From: Eledone cirrhosa
Taxonomy: Eukaryota
DNA: 64,000 nt
Assembly (NCBI GenBank): GCA_964016885.1
Contig: OZ024740.1
Span: 185,442,001-185,506,000 of the forward strand
Direction: 5' to 3'
Positions 40,883-54,402 of the stretch are shown one piece after another. The notes beneath the pieces were generated by a model, which was not told where the DNA came from, made no database searches, and was given only the letters and a program-made list of their open reading frames with translations. Positions within the stretch are counted from its first letter, which is position 1. Each line of letters starts with the position of its first letter. The position numbers were made by a program, and so were the translations under genes.

Positions 40883-42187
40883 ATATATATGGATATAAAA
40901 TTAGTTTGACTAAAATAAAAGGAGGCTGGACATATATTTATATAAAATTAGTTTGACTAAAATAAAAGGAGGCTGGACAGGTGATGTGCCTTTTATTGTT
41001 GTAAATACACTATATATATATATTTAAGAGTTTATACATTTGGATGTATATTTAGCATATGCGTATATGTCTAAGCTTGTAATTGTTTTTCGACGCCTGT
41101 AACTAGAGGAAATTATTGTAGCTAACTAGAGTTTGCTCCCAAATAGTATCCAATATATTTTTGATATCTTATATAAATATACGTTTAAAAAGCAACCTTT
41201 CAATAATATTGGCAATAATATCGCATTTAGATATACAGATTACCCAATACCCACTCCTAGTGAGAAAACATATATATTTGTATTACGTATACGAATTCTT
41301 GAAACTCAATTATTATATTATGTTTATACAACCAGAAATGTATATGATTTATAAAACGTTTAATATTCCTTTATGGAAACCGTTCGAAAAAATATCGCTT
41401 GTTAGTCTTTCCATAACACATGTGATAGTCTTTCTATGCTTCATCATTTTTTTCTATCCAGCCTTTCGAATGGCAAACAAGGGTGCGACAGCTATGGCAT
41501 CAACAAATATAATTTGTCTTTCGATTTAAGTTTAGGTACTTTGCAAACATTTAGAAGATACGGAGTCTGTTTACCTGACTTAGATATTAAACTCAATCTG
41601 AAATATATATGTCTTTATTGACTATGCAATTTGATTTCTAAACAATATCTTTCTAAAGTCTGGGGCGAATCAAAAATAATAGTGACTCTCTCATGCATTG
41701 AAATCCTTCAATCCGGAGAAAGTTTACTAAATTCAGCTTTATATACTTATATAGTTATGATATTGACGTACCTCTAATGAAATACAATCAATAAGTTATT
41801 AACTAGGATATGATACAGGTGAAGGATAAAACTGAAATTTGCTAGGACAAAATGGGAGTAAATTATTCTTAGAAATAAAAACGAGTGGAAAACAATAAGA
41901 CTATCGATAATCGAGAGAGTCGCCTGCACATTCAGATATATACATGCATAAAATAATCCAGTAATACTTCTGGAAACCAACCACTCCGTAAACAATAGTA
42001 ACACCAATAGCATGTATTTCAAAAGGGAATTACCAACATCTATTATTTGAATAAAAATAGGAATATATTACAGATTGAATGTATTAAAAACAAAATATAT
42101 TTTTCATCTTTTATTCATAATGTTAAGGACTACTGCAATTAATCTAGAAACAATATTTTTGTCGACATATAAATATAAAAGGAAATC

Positions 42188-42318
<131 letters not shown>

Positions 42319-42349
42319 GAGAGAAAGAGAAATAGAGAGAGAGAGAGAG

Positions 42350-42935
42350 AGAAGGTGAAGTTAGAAATACCACGCAGATTATATTTTAGGGTCTGCTTTT
42401 CTTTTTCCTTTCTTTTATTCGTCAAATTGACATTATTGAAAAGATGAGAGGGACAATTCTTTTAAAAAAGAGTTTTATAATGTATATAAAGTACATAAAT
42501 TATTACCGGTTTTGATTTATTAGTAACATTCGCCTTGTCAAATGTTGAGTATTACAATTAAAAAGAATTAATAAGAATTAAAAAGTAAAAATTAAAGATT
42601 TAAAATAAGTTTTTTTCATCTTTCTTGTTGAAGAACATGAAAAAAGGAAGATGAAAACAACTTACCTCTTAATTTTAAATCTTTAATTTTTACTTTTTAA
42701 TTCTTATTAATTCTTTTTATTTGTAATATTCAACACTTGATAAAATGAATTTTGCTAATACATCGAAACCGATAATACTTTATATACTTTATATACATTA
42801 TAAAACTCTTTTTTTAAAAAGAATTGTCCCTTTCATTTTTTCAATGTCATTTTGACGCATGAAATAAAAAATAAAAAACAAAACTAGACCCTAAAAAATA
42901 TTTTTCGTATTATTTCTAACTTCATCTTTTCTCTA
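42350..42935. mobile_element. Older ~585-bp fold-back element with decayed hammerhead remnants
   Basis: Arms are reverse complements about a centre near 42635. The right arm has uugauaa-aaug...cauc-GAAA-ccga-UA at about 42735-42776. Confidence 0.75.
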
Positions 42936-42982
42936 TAATCACTGTTTTGTATAGAGCCTTACTTTTGTATAGAGCCTTACTT

Positions 42983-44073
42983 TCCGCACAGGTCTAACGG
43001 GAGGAAGAACGGGTCTGGTCTGCGAATTCGGTAAACATAAGTTCTGTGAAGTCGCAGACGAGAGAGAGAGAGAAAAAAAATTCATACCGGCTTGGCCAAG
43101 TGTCCGCGAGAAAAGGATTGTGGACAGGTCAAACGGGAAGAAAGGGGAGGAGGAGAGGTAGTGACGGAGATTGAGTGAGTGAAAGGTGAGGAAGAGGCTA
43201 ACAGAGAGAGACTGCTAGAAAGGGTAAAGACACAAAGAACGAAACAGACTGGTGGCAGCGGAGGAAAAAATATATGTGTAAATATGATAATAATGGAGCT
43301 GCGGCGCTGCAAATGGGTTACATATGAAAAAGTTTGTCCTCATCAGTGGCCATCCAACCGTCGTAGGCATTTCGTCGCATTAAAGGCCATATACCTCAGG
43401 TTGGTGTGAGCAACGGCTAAAAAAAAGTCGTTGGGACACGTAAATAAAGGGGACGCTAGGGTAAACAAACAAAATGGTTTAAGCAGCAGAAAGAGAGGAA
43501 GAAGGAAACAAGTCCCAGATTTCTATGAATATAAATTCGGTGCAATCGTGAACGAGAGAATAAAGACCATCAAACCTGGTTGAAATGTGAGCAAGGAAGG
43601 AATTTCGCACAGGTCTAACGGGAGGAAGAAGGGGTCTGGTCTGCGAATTCGGTAAACATAAGTTCTGTGAAGTCGTAGACGAGAGAGAGAAAAAAATTCA
43701 TACCGGCTTGGCCAAGTGCCCGCGAGAAAAGGATTGTGGACAGGTCAAACGGGAAGAAAGGGGAGAAGGAGAGGTAGTGACGGAGAGTGAGTGAGTGAAA
43801 GGTGAGGAAGAGGCTAACAGAGAGAGACTGCTAGAAAGGGTAAAGACACAAAGAACGAAACAGACTGGTGGCAGCGGAGGAAAAAATATATGTGTAAATA
43901 TGATAATAATGGAGCTGCGGCGCTGCAAATGGGTTACATATGAAAAGGTTTGTCCTCATCAGTGGCCATCCAACCGTCGTAGGCATTTCGTCGCATTAAA
44001 GGCCATATACCTCAGGTTGGTGCGAGCAACGGCTAAAAAAAAGTCGTTGGGACACGTAAATAAAGGGGACGCT

Positions 44074-44076
<3 letters not shown>
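42983..44076. repeat. Near-identical ~620-bp tandem direct repeat (about 1.75 units)
   Basis: The unit starts cgcacaggtctaacgggagg at about 42985 and 43606; the ORF track gives near-identical peptides at 43082 and 43698. Confidence 0.95.
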
Positions 44077-44107
<31 letters not shown>

Positions 44108-44111
<4 letters not shown>

Positions 44112-44248
44112 TGTTATACTTGGGGAGGGTCATATTTGTGTAATATTGCCAGAATTAATAACAGAACACACTCACTGTTTGGTTGGTTTTCGCTTCTCGC
44201 TGTCTTTTATATCTGCGATCTAACTTAATCGGTCCTCAATGTTGCCAT
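44108..44248 (-). mobile_element. Terminal pLTR fragment of the 30.9-kb/56.4-kb PLE family
   Basis: Reverse complement of about 57490-57630 (attgttatacttggggagggtcatatttgtgtaat...acagaacacactcactgtttgg). Confidence 0.85.
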
Positions 44249-44257
44249 ATATATATA

Positions 44258-44312
44258 TATATATTAAAACAACAGATTCAAGTTAAAGCAAATAATCACT
44301 GCTTTCACCCTT
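44258..44312 (-). mobile_element. Short pLTR end of the 35-37.8 kb PLE family (another lies at 49922-49955)
   Basis: tattaaaacaacagattcaagttaaagcaaataatcactgctttcaccctta matches 35169-35220. Confidence 0.7.
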
Positions 44313-45119
44313 ATATATATAGGTGGTTGTTTGCGTAATGGTCACTGACACATTTCCACTGCGATCTGGTCGCAAGATGTGATGAATAGATTGACACCAA
44401 AAATATATGATAAATGTAAGGTGAAGTTGAAGGCTTTTCCGTGATTTGAAGGTTCTTTTCTCTGTTGTAGCCGCTGTAACTTTGCAACAATGTAATATAT
44501 GAAGCTGTAACAATTGAATACGAAATGTTACACTACAGCTAGGAGAACTATGATGAAACCTATCAACATGTTATCCATTTAGCATTTAATGAATAGTTCA
44601 TCAACAACCTGTATATATATTCATAAAATACTCTTGTAAATGTCCGAACACTATTTGGGATGCAATGACTAAATGCTCTCAGCATAATGCCAACTGGTTA
44701 TCAAATAGCAGGTATGTGTGTTGGAATAATATTTAACAGATTATTACTCATTCACCATATGAAATAATGTATTAATTTAATTGTTTCTACTTTTGGCACA
44801 AGGCCAGCAATTATCCAGTACATTATTAATTTAATGACATAGATTTTATTTTAATATCAATTAACGATAGTTGTTAAACTATCCAAGGCAATGCGGTATG
44901 TACAGCAGATGGACTTTAGAGAAGATACCCCACTCGTTTCTGCACTTAAACTTTTACACTGTAAGAGGACCGAACCGTATCCTGGTCTTCCCCCTTAGGA
45001 GCTTTTGTGCTGACATTTAGACATTCGGTTATCAGAGACTTGATATGCATTTAAATCGTATGGAAATTTTGTGAGAGAAGATCTAGCTGGAAGTCCGTTC
45101 TGTTGCCTCTGCTTTCAAA

Positions 45120-45360
45120 CTTATATTAAAATTCCGTGAGCTTGGAAAAATAATATCGATTGCTATAGCAGCGGTGAGACGACAAGTGTCGCCCGCACGA
45201 CCAATACCTGAACAATGACTCGCTCAGAGTTACTTCTCTGAGCGTGCGTTCAAATAAAACCACATTGCATTCAAACTCTACGGATATCGTATTTGATTCT
45301 CCTAGAAAAGATCCATTGGAATTCATTTCCGCTGCATCAGATATTGTAAGTAGAACTTTG
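45120..45360 (-). pseudogene. Possible decayed hAT transposase dimerisation-domain fragment
   Basis: Minus strand IPMDLF*ENQIRYP ... NSERVI ... CRLT..IDIIF resembles DPLxFWKxNxxxYP...SERxFS...RxRL, across frameshifts. Confidence 0.35.
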
Positions 45361-45871
45361 GCCCCGATCTACCCAAAGCTTCTGGCGAGAACCTTGATCC
45401 GGCTGTTGGCCAGTCTGGTGTATTCTTTTGGACTTTAATTTGAAGAACTTTGTTCGTTTAAGAGAAGCTTTTTGAGAGCTAATGGAATTCGATTTCTCCA
45501 CGCAAAAATATTTGATTCTCCTAATTCATGTATTCTTACCGTCATTAAGGAAAAGCAATAACCATCTATATAACGTAATTACATTTTATCATGAAATATA
45601 GAGGACATTAAATTTCAATTCACAATGGTGTGTGAAGACGTATGATTTCAGCGACTACAAGTAATAGACATAGCTTCATAACAATATATGTTTTAGTTCA
45701 TTCCCTTTTCAGATAAGGAAGGGTTGTAAGAGACCTGGCCTGAAACCTTGCATCCATGGGTTAAGTGGCGGTGATAAACTGGGTGATATATAGACATTGA
45801 TTTAATAGCCTCCCTTGGGCTTCATTGATCTCGATTGTGTGTATATATATATTTATATACTTATACATATA

Positions 45872-45990
45872 CGTGGTTATGATGTGTTCCCAGTCTCACA
45901 GCATATTCTATAATACTATAGCCTCGGTTTGAGCAATGTTATTGCAAGTGAAAGTTGGCAGACGGAAGCTGTGCAGATGCCCGTCGTATA
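45872..45990 (+). mobile_element. Octopus-type SINE fragment ending in (TA)n
   Basis: tactatagcctcgg...gtgaaagttggcagacggaagctgtgcagatgcccgtcgtata resembles the common octopus SINE body as recalled. Confidence 0.6.
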
Positions 45991-47439
45991 TATATTTATA
46001 TATATACTTTTTCTTTATTCATACAGGTGGCGTGTATATGAGCGCACGCGTGCACATATGTGTGGTTTTTCTATATGTTTAAGTTTGATGTTTGTTAATT
46101 TGTATATAACTCGAAATGTAGAAGTTGGATGAAGGAAGATTGATGAAATATTTTTAGTGTTATATCAACTACATCCGTAGATACTAATTCCTTATCATGG
46201 CTGTCTTCTGTAATCAATAACATAATTACAGTGAATAAAATGACGAATACATTTCTTCGATAAAGTAATGTTGCTTCATGTTGAGAGCTACATCAATGGA
46301 CGTAAGTAAATAAGTTAATGCATTTATTTTGGTCTTCTACCGCGACATATCAGCCAGGCGTCTTTAGATGATAATATTCTTACATTTACAGATTTTTCAG
46401 AATCAGATTTGTAGATAATACCTTTGATATAAAGAATACGAAAATGATAGAATGAAACCTTGTATACGTCAAAATATGTAATAAAAGATCCTCATATAAT
46501 AGATTACAACGCAAGCATTAATTGAATGTACGATTTAAAAAGAAAGTATTTTATGTACTTCTGAGAAATACGAAATATTTCAGAAGATAATTATTAACAC
46601 TGTACATCATTATTCGAACGTAGAAAAACAGCTGCTGAAAGAGATTACTGAATATGATAGTAAGGAAACAAATACATCTATGAACGTACGTGATTCCCTC
46701 AGGCACTTTGGTTAGAGTTTCGAAAGCTAAACATTCTTCTAAAGTTAGAATGGGTGTATACATTGCAAACCTAATGACTCTCATTGGAGATCTATGGAGA
46801 TAAGATTGACATCAGCAATATTTTACATTCTTGAAAAGGAATGTTGTTTTTGTGTGTATATGAATATCTTCTGCTTTACATGTGAGTCAGAAACAAGACT
46901 CACTATTTACTATTTAGTACTATGTCTCGACAGGCGCGAAATATCTTTAAATACTTTATGGTGTGTAATAAATATCACATTTGACAAACATGTCTGGTGC
47001 ACTACCATATGATATATGTTGTACATACATATGATATATGTTGTACATACCCGTTTCTGTCATCAGATACAACATAAACTTTATACTTCTAGGTACGATG
47101 ACGTTGAAAAACCAAGCTGAGTGATCTGTCAGGTTAAACATAATGCTCTGTGTTACATACACAGATCTTCATCGTTTTTAGAATTCAAACGATATATTGA
47201 ATGTTACCTAATAGTAGAACTAACGCGGTGAGTAGACAATATTGCATATTATTATCGGAGAAAAGGACATTAGATTTGGCTAAAATGAAGTCGTGCTAAA
47301 TCCTTGATATAATATCGTGCAACTTATATAATGCAATGTAATAGCAGTATAAGACACACATACACATTAATCAGATTTTGAAAACAACTAAAAGAAAGTA
47401 TTATCTTGTATTAATTTTATATTGGAATAATGGGATTTG

Positions 47440-47551
47440 TTATAATTGTTTCTACTTTTCGCACAAGGCCAGCAATTAACCAGTGCATTACTGGTACTTT
47501 TTTTATCGACCCCGTAAGGATGAAAGGCAAAGTTAACATCGGCGGGATTTG
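47440..47551 (-). mobile_element. 5'-truncated tRNA-derived SINE (a further 3' fragment lies at 44775-44830)
   Basis: ttgtttctacttttcgcacaaggccagc...cgaccccgtaaggatgaaaggcaaagttaac. Confidence 0.85.
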
Positions 47552-47764
47552 TTATAATACAAAGAAAATAGTAACAAGAATGTATGTGAGAATTGGGTGA
47601 TGCTGCTTTTGCAAGATGTCTTAAAGCTGAGTATGTCACATTACTCGTAATGTCAGCAAAAATTTACCTTTAAACCCTTATTAAAAGACAATACAATCAT
47701 TAACCATATGTATAACATTAGTTTTACATTAAATTACGAAAAAAAGGGAATATATATATATATA

Positions 47765-47961
47765 ACGAATGAAGTGTTATACTAAGGCCCCAGGTGGACC
47801 ATAACGCCCCAGAGTACTCAATACTTAGTGTAGTAGAGTGGGTAATAGGAAAAGTGCCAGGACCCCGACGGCTGGGCTCCGGTCGTTTCGACAGCTAGAT
47901 CTGAACGCCTAGCTGTCGTAACGGCCGGAGCTCAGCCGTCGGGTCCTGACACACTTTTCCT

Positions 47962-47962
<1 letters not shown>
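47765..47962. mobile_element. Hairpin element, sibling of 17915-18103
   Basis: Same tail (aggtggac.ataacgc.cca.agtactcaatactta...gtagagtgggtaatagga); arms at 47846-47898 and 47909-47962. Confidence 0.85.
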
Positions 47963-48022
<60 letters not shown>

Positions 48023-48061
48023 TATGAAATGTAGAGAAGTGACACACGAGTTGATATATAT

Positions 48062-48540
48062 ATATATATAATAGTAAAAAAGAAAACGCTAAAGGGATTT
48101 TCAGTCAGAATAATACCAAAATATTTATTTACAAAATAGGAATTTCCGCAATATTCGTACCGGTTTCAGCTTATAGGTTTCTTTATGCGATGGAAGTTTT
48201 TTATGAACTTCAATTGCATATTAATAAGAATATGGAAAAAAGATAACATACATATATATAGAGAAAAATTCACATTTTTTTCTGTCGTTTTCAGTCTTAC
48301 TCTCTGTGTCACTATTAATAGTGGACGTAGCAGGGAACAATCTGTTCGTTCTGTTTAAGCGTTCGACCTCGACTGCAATTTAATTTTATTACACACTTCC
48401 GTCGCATGAAGAAGCCAATAAGCTGAAACAGGTACGAATAATGCGGAAATTCCTATTTTGTAAACAAATATTTTGCAGTTATTCTCAAAGAAAATGCCTT
48501 TATCATTTTCTACTGTTTTTTTTTTTTTTACTATTATATA
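48062..48540. mobile_element. Inverted pLTR pair (~135-bp arms) with a hammerhead-like motif in each arm
   Basis: Right arm 48402-48437: ucg CAUGAAGA agc-caauaa-gcu GAAA cagg UA cga. Left arm (minus, 48155-48190): ucg CAUAAAGA...GAAA ccgg UA cga. Confidence 0.8.
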
Positions 48541-49662
48541 TATATATATATATATGGAATGATTTGCATTAAGGACTACTACCTTGTTTGTATTAGATTA
48601 TAGTTTCAGATTTGAGAAATGTAATTTTCATTCAGAAGATTTGCATCTAGAGAAATGCAGTCAGTTGTGGACATTTATTTGTTTAATGGAGCCCAATAAA
48701 TGTAAAAAAATCATTGAACTAATTTCAACATTGAAATTTAGGATTTTAAATCAGACAACTGATTTCAAAACCGGAATCATTATATGAAATCATACAAATA
48801 TAATATTGCACTTTTTGAATTTTCTGATAATAATAATTTAATTAAATGAAATAGTTTATCTTTTTACGTTGAAAATTGCTTTTACTCTGTATTGAATATG
48901 AACATATCATTTGGTAATTAACGTATAGATAAGATTTTTGGGTGAAAAATGTTTGTTTCTATATTCTGTTATTTAGTTACATATTTGCATTGATATCGCT
49001 GATCTATGAGGAAAGTTGTAATATCTTAACTTATGGGATTTATTAAGTGTTTCACATATTAAATAGCAGCTCTTACTCTATATTTATGTTAGGAGTTGGA
49101 TGACTATCCTTACGATTTTCAGGTGATATATGCTGCATTCATTTATTCATTTACGCTTCCAAATCCTAACACCGATGGAACGATGCATTACAATTCATGT
49201 AGAAGTGGTATGGACATTAGGTCACTAAGATATGATGTATCAACATATTTTAGTAGTATTTTGATGATAATGGTACAATTTAGAAAAAAGATTCTTTCAC
49301 AAAGTAATAGGTATATCTTAGTATCAGAAAATGTAAGAGAGCTACACATCAGAACTTGCAAATGAAGATGAATTGAAATTTCGATCGTTATAACTATTTA
49401 AAGATAGCGAGATGTTTGAAAAGGTTTACCAATTTTTTTATTTCTGTTATTAATTTTTGTAAACATTAAAACAATAATTAAAATGTATTAATTAAACTCG
49501 TGACAGCTTTTAGGCATGCCAGACTGTTGTCTGACATTTTTATTGACATAAACTAGATAATGGGAAAAATATTGTAACACAATTATGCTTTACTTTTATA
49601 ACAAATTTATGCTTTATATATCATATGGTAATTTTTACATAAAAATGGAATTCCTCCTTCGA

Positions 49663-49703
<41 letters not shown>

Positions 49704-49755
49704 CAATTAACAATGCATATGATGTTAAAACCAGTATTGTAAATGAAATGAATAT

Positions 49756-49818
<63 letters not shown>

Positions 49819-49974
49819 TTAATACATTAACAGCGAAAGCTTTAAGCAATACTCCGACTGGCTTCCGTCTCACTCAACAAACATTAGGATATACCTTAGT
49901 ATAATCCCAATTATATATATATATTTATTAAAATAACAGATTAAAGTTTAAGCAAGAAATAATATATATATATA

Positions 49975-50312
49975 AATGATATTAATAATATTAATAAATG
50001 GAAACTATATTTATAAAACCATATTTATTTCCTTATATATATTTCATAGAACATGAAACGATAAGGTTTGGTTTATCGGGTATGTCACTTTTTGTAATAC
50101 AAATTTTGTGTTTTATCTGACAAGTGCGTACGAAAGTTTTTGGTACCCTTGAAATATATATAATAAAATAATTATGGTTTTATAAATATAGTTTACATTT
50201 ATTAATATTATTGATATCATTGATATTATACTCCAGGAAAATCCTGTAGAGTGCTTCGAATATGTTATAATAAATTAATTTGATGAATTACAATCAAATT
50301 AAATCTCTTTGC
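49975..50312. mobile_element. Inverted pLTR pair with a right-hand tail and a hammerhead motif at 50111-50168
   Basis: 49975-50046 is the reverse complement of about 50150-50220. Motif: uuuuau CUGACAA gugc-guac...guac-ccuu GAAA uauaua UA auaaaa (G8A). Confidence 0.7.
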
Positions 50313-50319
50313 TTATATA

Positions 50320-50405
50320 TTTATATATATATATATATATATGCATTTATATATATACACACATACATATACATGCATACATACATATATATATAGATAC
50401 ATATA

Positions 50406-50501
<96 letters not shown>

Positions 50502-50554
50502 TATATATACATACATATATATATATATGTATACATACATATATATATATATGT

Positions 50555-50640
<86 letters not shown>

Positions 50641-50665
50641 TAGTTTATCTACTAACATTACGTCC

Positions 50666-50734
<69 letters not shown>

Positions 50735-50875
50735 ATGTGTATATATGTACAGACATATATATATATGTGTATATATATATATACACATGCATATATATAT
50801 ATATTTATATATGTATATATATATACATATATATATATATATAAATATATATATATGTATATATGTGTATATATA

Positions 50876-50967
<92 letters not shown>

Positions 50968-50973
50968 CATATA

Positions 50974-51015
<42 letters not shown>
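50320..51015. repeat. Long (TA)n-rich compound microsatellite
   Basis: Directly visible; source of spurious YI-repeat ORFs. Confidence 0.97.
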
Positions 51016-51016
<1 letters not shown>

Positions 51017-51236
51017 CGTTTCTGAATTTGTTTAGCAAGATTCTTTATCTGAAATCGTGTGTTGAAACCGATATTGTTATACTTTGGGAGGGTCATGTTG
51101 CCAATAAGAAACACACGCACCAGTTGCTTTCACTTCAATTTATTATATATTTATAAATTTATAAATTTACAAATTTACAAACTTATAAATTTCTGGTTGC
51201 TTGGTTGGTTCCACAACCAGATAGTTGTTTATATAT

Positions 51237-51281
51237 AGTCATAGTCCTTTCGTCACACACTCTGTGACCTCTTCAGTGACT
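51237..51281 (-). ncRNA. Type-I hammerhead ribozyme motif (left arm)
   Basis: Reverse complement of 51621-51665. Confidence 0.85.
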
Positions 51282-51620
51282 GGGAATATGAGTGGAACAG
51301 CAACATCACAACTTACAATTAAGGACAAAATGAAAACACACACAGGAAAAAATGAAAACACACACACACATAGAACAAACAACTTACAATTAAGGACAAA
51401 ATGAAAACACACACAGGACAAAATGAAGACACACACACACATAGAACAAACAACCATCCAACAATAAATAAATTAAATAAATAAACAAACAGATAAATGA
51501 ACACAAACACACACAGACACCCGGATGTGGCGCATGCGCAAACTGAGCACACAACACACACACAGAAACAAAATGGCGTAGGATAGAAGAAAGGAAAGGC
51601 ACAGAAACAAAGGAATCCCC

Positions 51621-51665
51621 AGTCACTGAAGAGGTCACAGAGTGTGTGACGAAAGGACTATGACT
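51621..51665 (+). ncRNA. Type-I hammerhead ribozyme motif (right arm)
   Basis: aguca CUGAAGA g-gucac-agagugu-gugac GAAA ggac UA ugacu: 5-bp stem I, 5-bp stem II, minimal stem III. Confidence 0.85.
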
Positions 51666-51823
51666 ATATATAAACAACTATCTGGTTGTGGAACCAACCA
51701 ACCAACCAGAAATTTATAAGTTTGTAAATTTGTAAATTTATAAATTTATAAATATATAATAAATTGAAGTGAAAGCAACTGGTGCGTGTGTTTCTTATTG
51801 GTAACATGACCCTCCCAAAGTAT

Positions 51824-51871
<48 letters not shown>

Positions 51872-51876
51872 ATATA

Positions 51877-53983
51877 TAACTTTGAATAACTTTGAAATGT
51901 TTTGGCCAGTATTGGCCCAGGCCATGTCTAACTTAATAGCACCACCTGGCGAAGTCTTTCAATTCAGGATTTGGGCACCATGGCCCATTCGCGAAGAGAA
52001 TTACTGTTTGCGGAGACATATCCGGGTGTGGGTGGTTTGTCCGGGATTACTTGGAGGAATTTGTCCAAAGACTTTTTGAATTGTGTGTGGTCAGTTTCTG
52101 TTTTGACGTGTCCTGGTGTGATGTTGAAGAGAGCAGGGCCGATTGAGGTGAAATAATTGTGCCGTATTGTTGTTATGAGTTGCGATTTAGATTTTTGTAT
52201 GGGACGGATAGCACGGGGCCCAAGCCTTGGGTGTATCTTGAAGGCGATGCCAACATCATCTGGGCATTGATGATGGAACATTTTCCACATCATACAGATA
52301 ATATAACGCTCACGGCGACGTTGGAGTGAGTAAAGTTTCAGCTTTTCTAGTCGACCCCAGTAGTCAAGGTCTGACATGCCATCTATCTTTTTCGTGATTG
52401 CCCTTTGAGGAGCTTCAAGTTTCATGATACTTTGTTTCGTGTGGGGAGACCACAGTGGACAACAGTATTCAAGGTGTGGTCGGGCAAAAGTAGAGAAGAG
52501 AAGGATAATGGTGTGGGAATCTCTCGACTGGAAGGTTCTGAGGATCCAGGAACACATTCTGCGGGCCATCTCAACTTTGCTGCTTATATCCGTGGCCCAG
52601 CTTATGTTGCTGTCCACGGTTACTCCCAAGTCTCTGATGTTGTTAGATGCCACGAGAGTTTCCCCGGAGGGAAGGGAGTACGGGAGTTTCAGAGCATCCT
52701 CTTTTCCAAAGTGGATCAATTCGAATTTGTCTTCGTTCAGTAACATGTTGTTCTTTTCCGCCCATTGGGTAACAGCCAGTAGGTCTGACTGAAGGCTTAT
52801 CCGGTCATCCACGCCATTGATGACCTTTTGGAGCTTGGAATCATCAGCGAAAATGTTAATGTTGCTGTGTTTGATGATGTCAGTGATGTCATTAATATAG
52901 ATGATGAAGAGAAGTGGGCCCAACACAGTGCCTTGTGGGACCCCACTACTGATTTGGCTGGGCTGGATTTGACTCCTTCAACTACAACATGTTGGGTTCT
53001 GTTTGACAGGAAGCTCTTGATCCACTGCAGCAGCTTTCCAGTGACACCAATATTGGACAGCTTTCTCAGTAGAATGTTATGATCAACCCTGTCAAAGGCT
53101 TTGCTGAAATCAAGGTAGAAAACATCAGTGTTGGAACCCTCTCCCAAGGCTCTCAAAATGTCATCAAAGTGATGCAGTAGCTGCGTCAGGCAATCCCTTC
53201 CATTACGGAATCCATGTTGGTTGGAGTTCAGCATATTGTTACTCTCAAGGAAGTGGGTCATTCGCGATCTCACCACTCTCTCAAATACCTTAATGATATG
53301 AGAGGTGAGTGAGATTGGACGGTAATTCACGGCAAGGGATTTGATTCCTTTTTTTGAAAACTGGGACAACAGACTGGGATAGAAGGCTTTCTGGCACATA
53401 TCCAGCATCCAGTGAGTTCCGCCACAGATTGGCAAGAGGAGATGCAAGTTGGTCTTGACACGCCTTCAAGACACAAGCAGGGAACCTATCGGGACCTACT
53501 GCTGAATTGTGCTTGATTTCCTTTATTGCCGCTAAGACATCAGGGGCGCCAAACGTTATGTCCGATAAGGTGTAATGGGGAGTAACATCGCCGATACAGC
53601 ACAGATCGGCCATATCAGGATTGCTGAAAACAGAGCAGTATTGCTTCTGCAGTATCTCACCCATGGTTTTAGCATTGTCTTGAAGAGTGCCATTTTCATC
53701 AATTAGAGGGTCAAGAGTAGAGCCAGTGATTTTGTGTTTTTTTGCAAATGAAAAGAACACTTTGGGATTGAGTTTGATCTTCTCAATGGCCCAGGCCTCT
53801 TCAGCTCTTCTCTGATTGTTGATGAGGGACATTATGTTGTTTCGGAGGTTATGTTTTTTAATCTCTAGTGATGAAATGGCAGTCAAGTTGATGTGTTGCT
53901 GCTGACGGTATTTCAGCTTGTTGATTTTTTTGTTCGTTCTCTTAATTTTTCTGATGAGCGTTTTTCTATTTCTAGGGATTCTG
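51877..53983 (-). mobile_element. 5'-truncated CR1-type LINE (RT and 3' end), frameshifted
   Basis: [86 protein letters not shown]; 3' tandem (ttcaaagtta) tail. Confidence 0.93.

Positions 53984-54402
<419 letters not shown>

Larger units (their letters stand above)
51017..51830. mobile_element. ORF-less PLE derivative: ~214-bp near-identical inverted pLTRs flanking a 3'-UTR/promoter-like core
   Basis: 51071-51284 is the reverse complement of 51618-51830; both arms carry an intact hammerhead motif. Confidence 0.9.

Noticed and set aside
21485-40980. Short tandem duplications (21485-21527, 26499-26546, 40892-40980; also 1020-1063) as CRISPR-like arrays
   Set aside because: Only two adjacent copies each, no spacers, no cas genes, and the context is eukaryotic.
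53951-53960. CTGATGAG as a hammerhead core
   Set aside because: It lies antisense within CR1 coding sequence and has no stem II-GAAA-UH.
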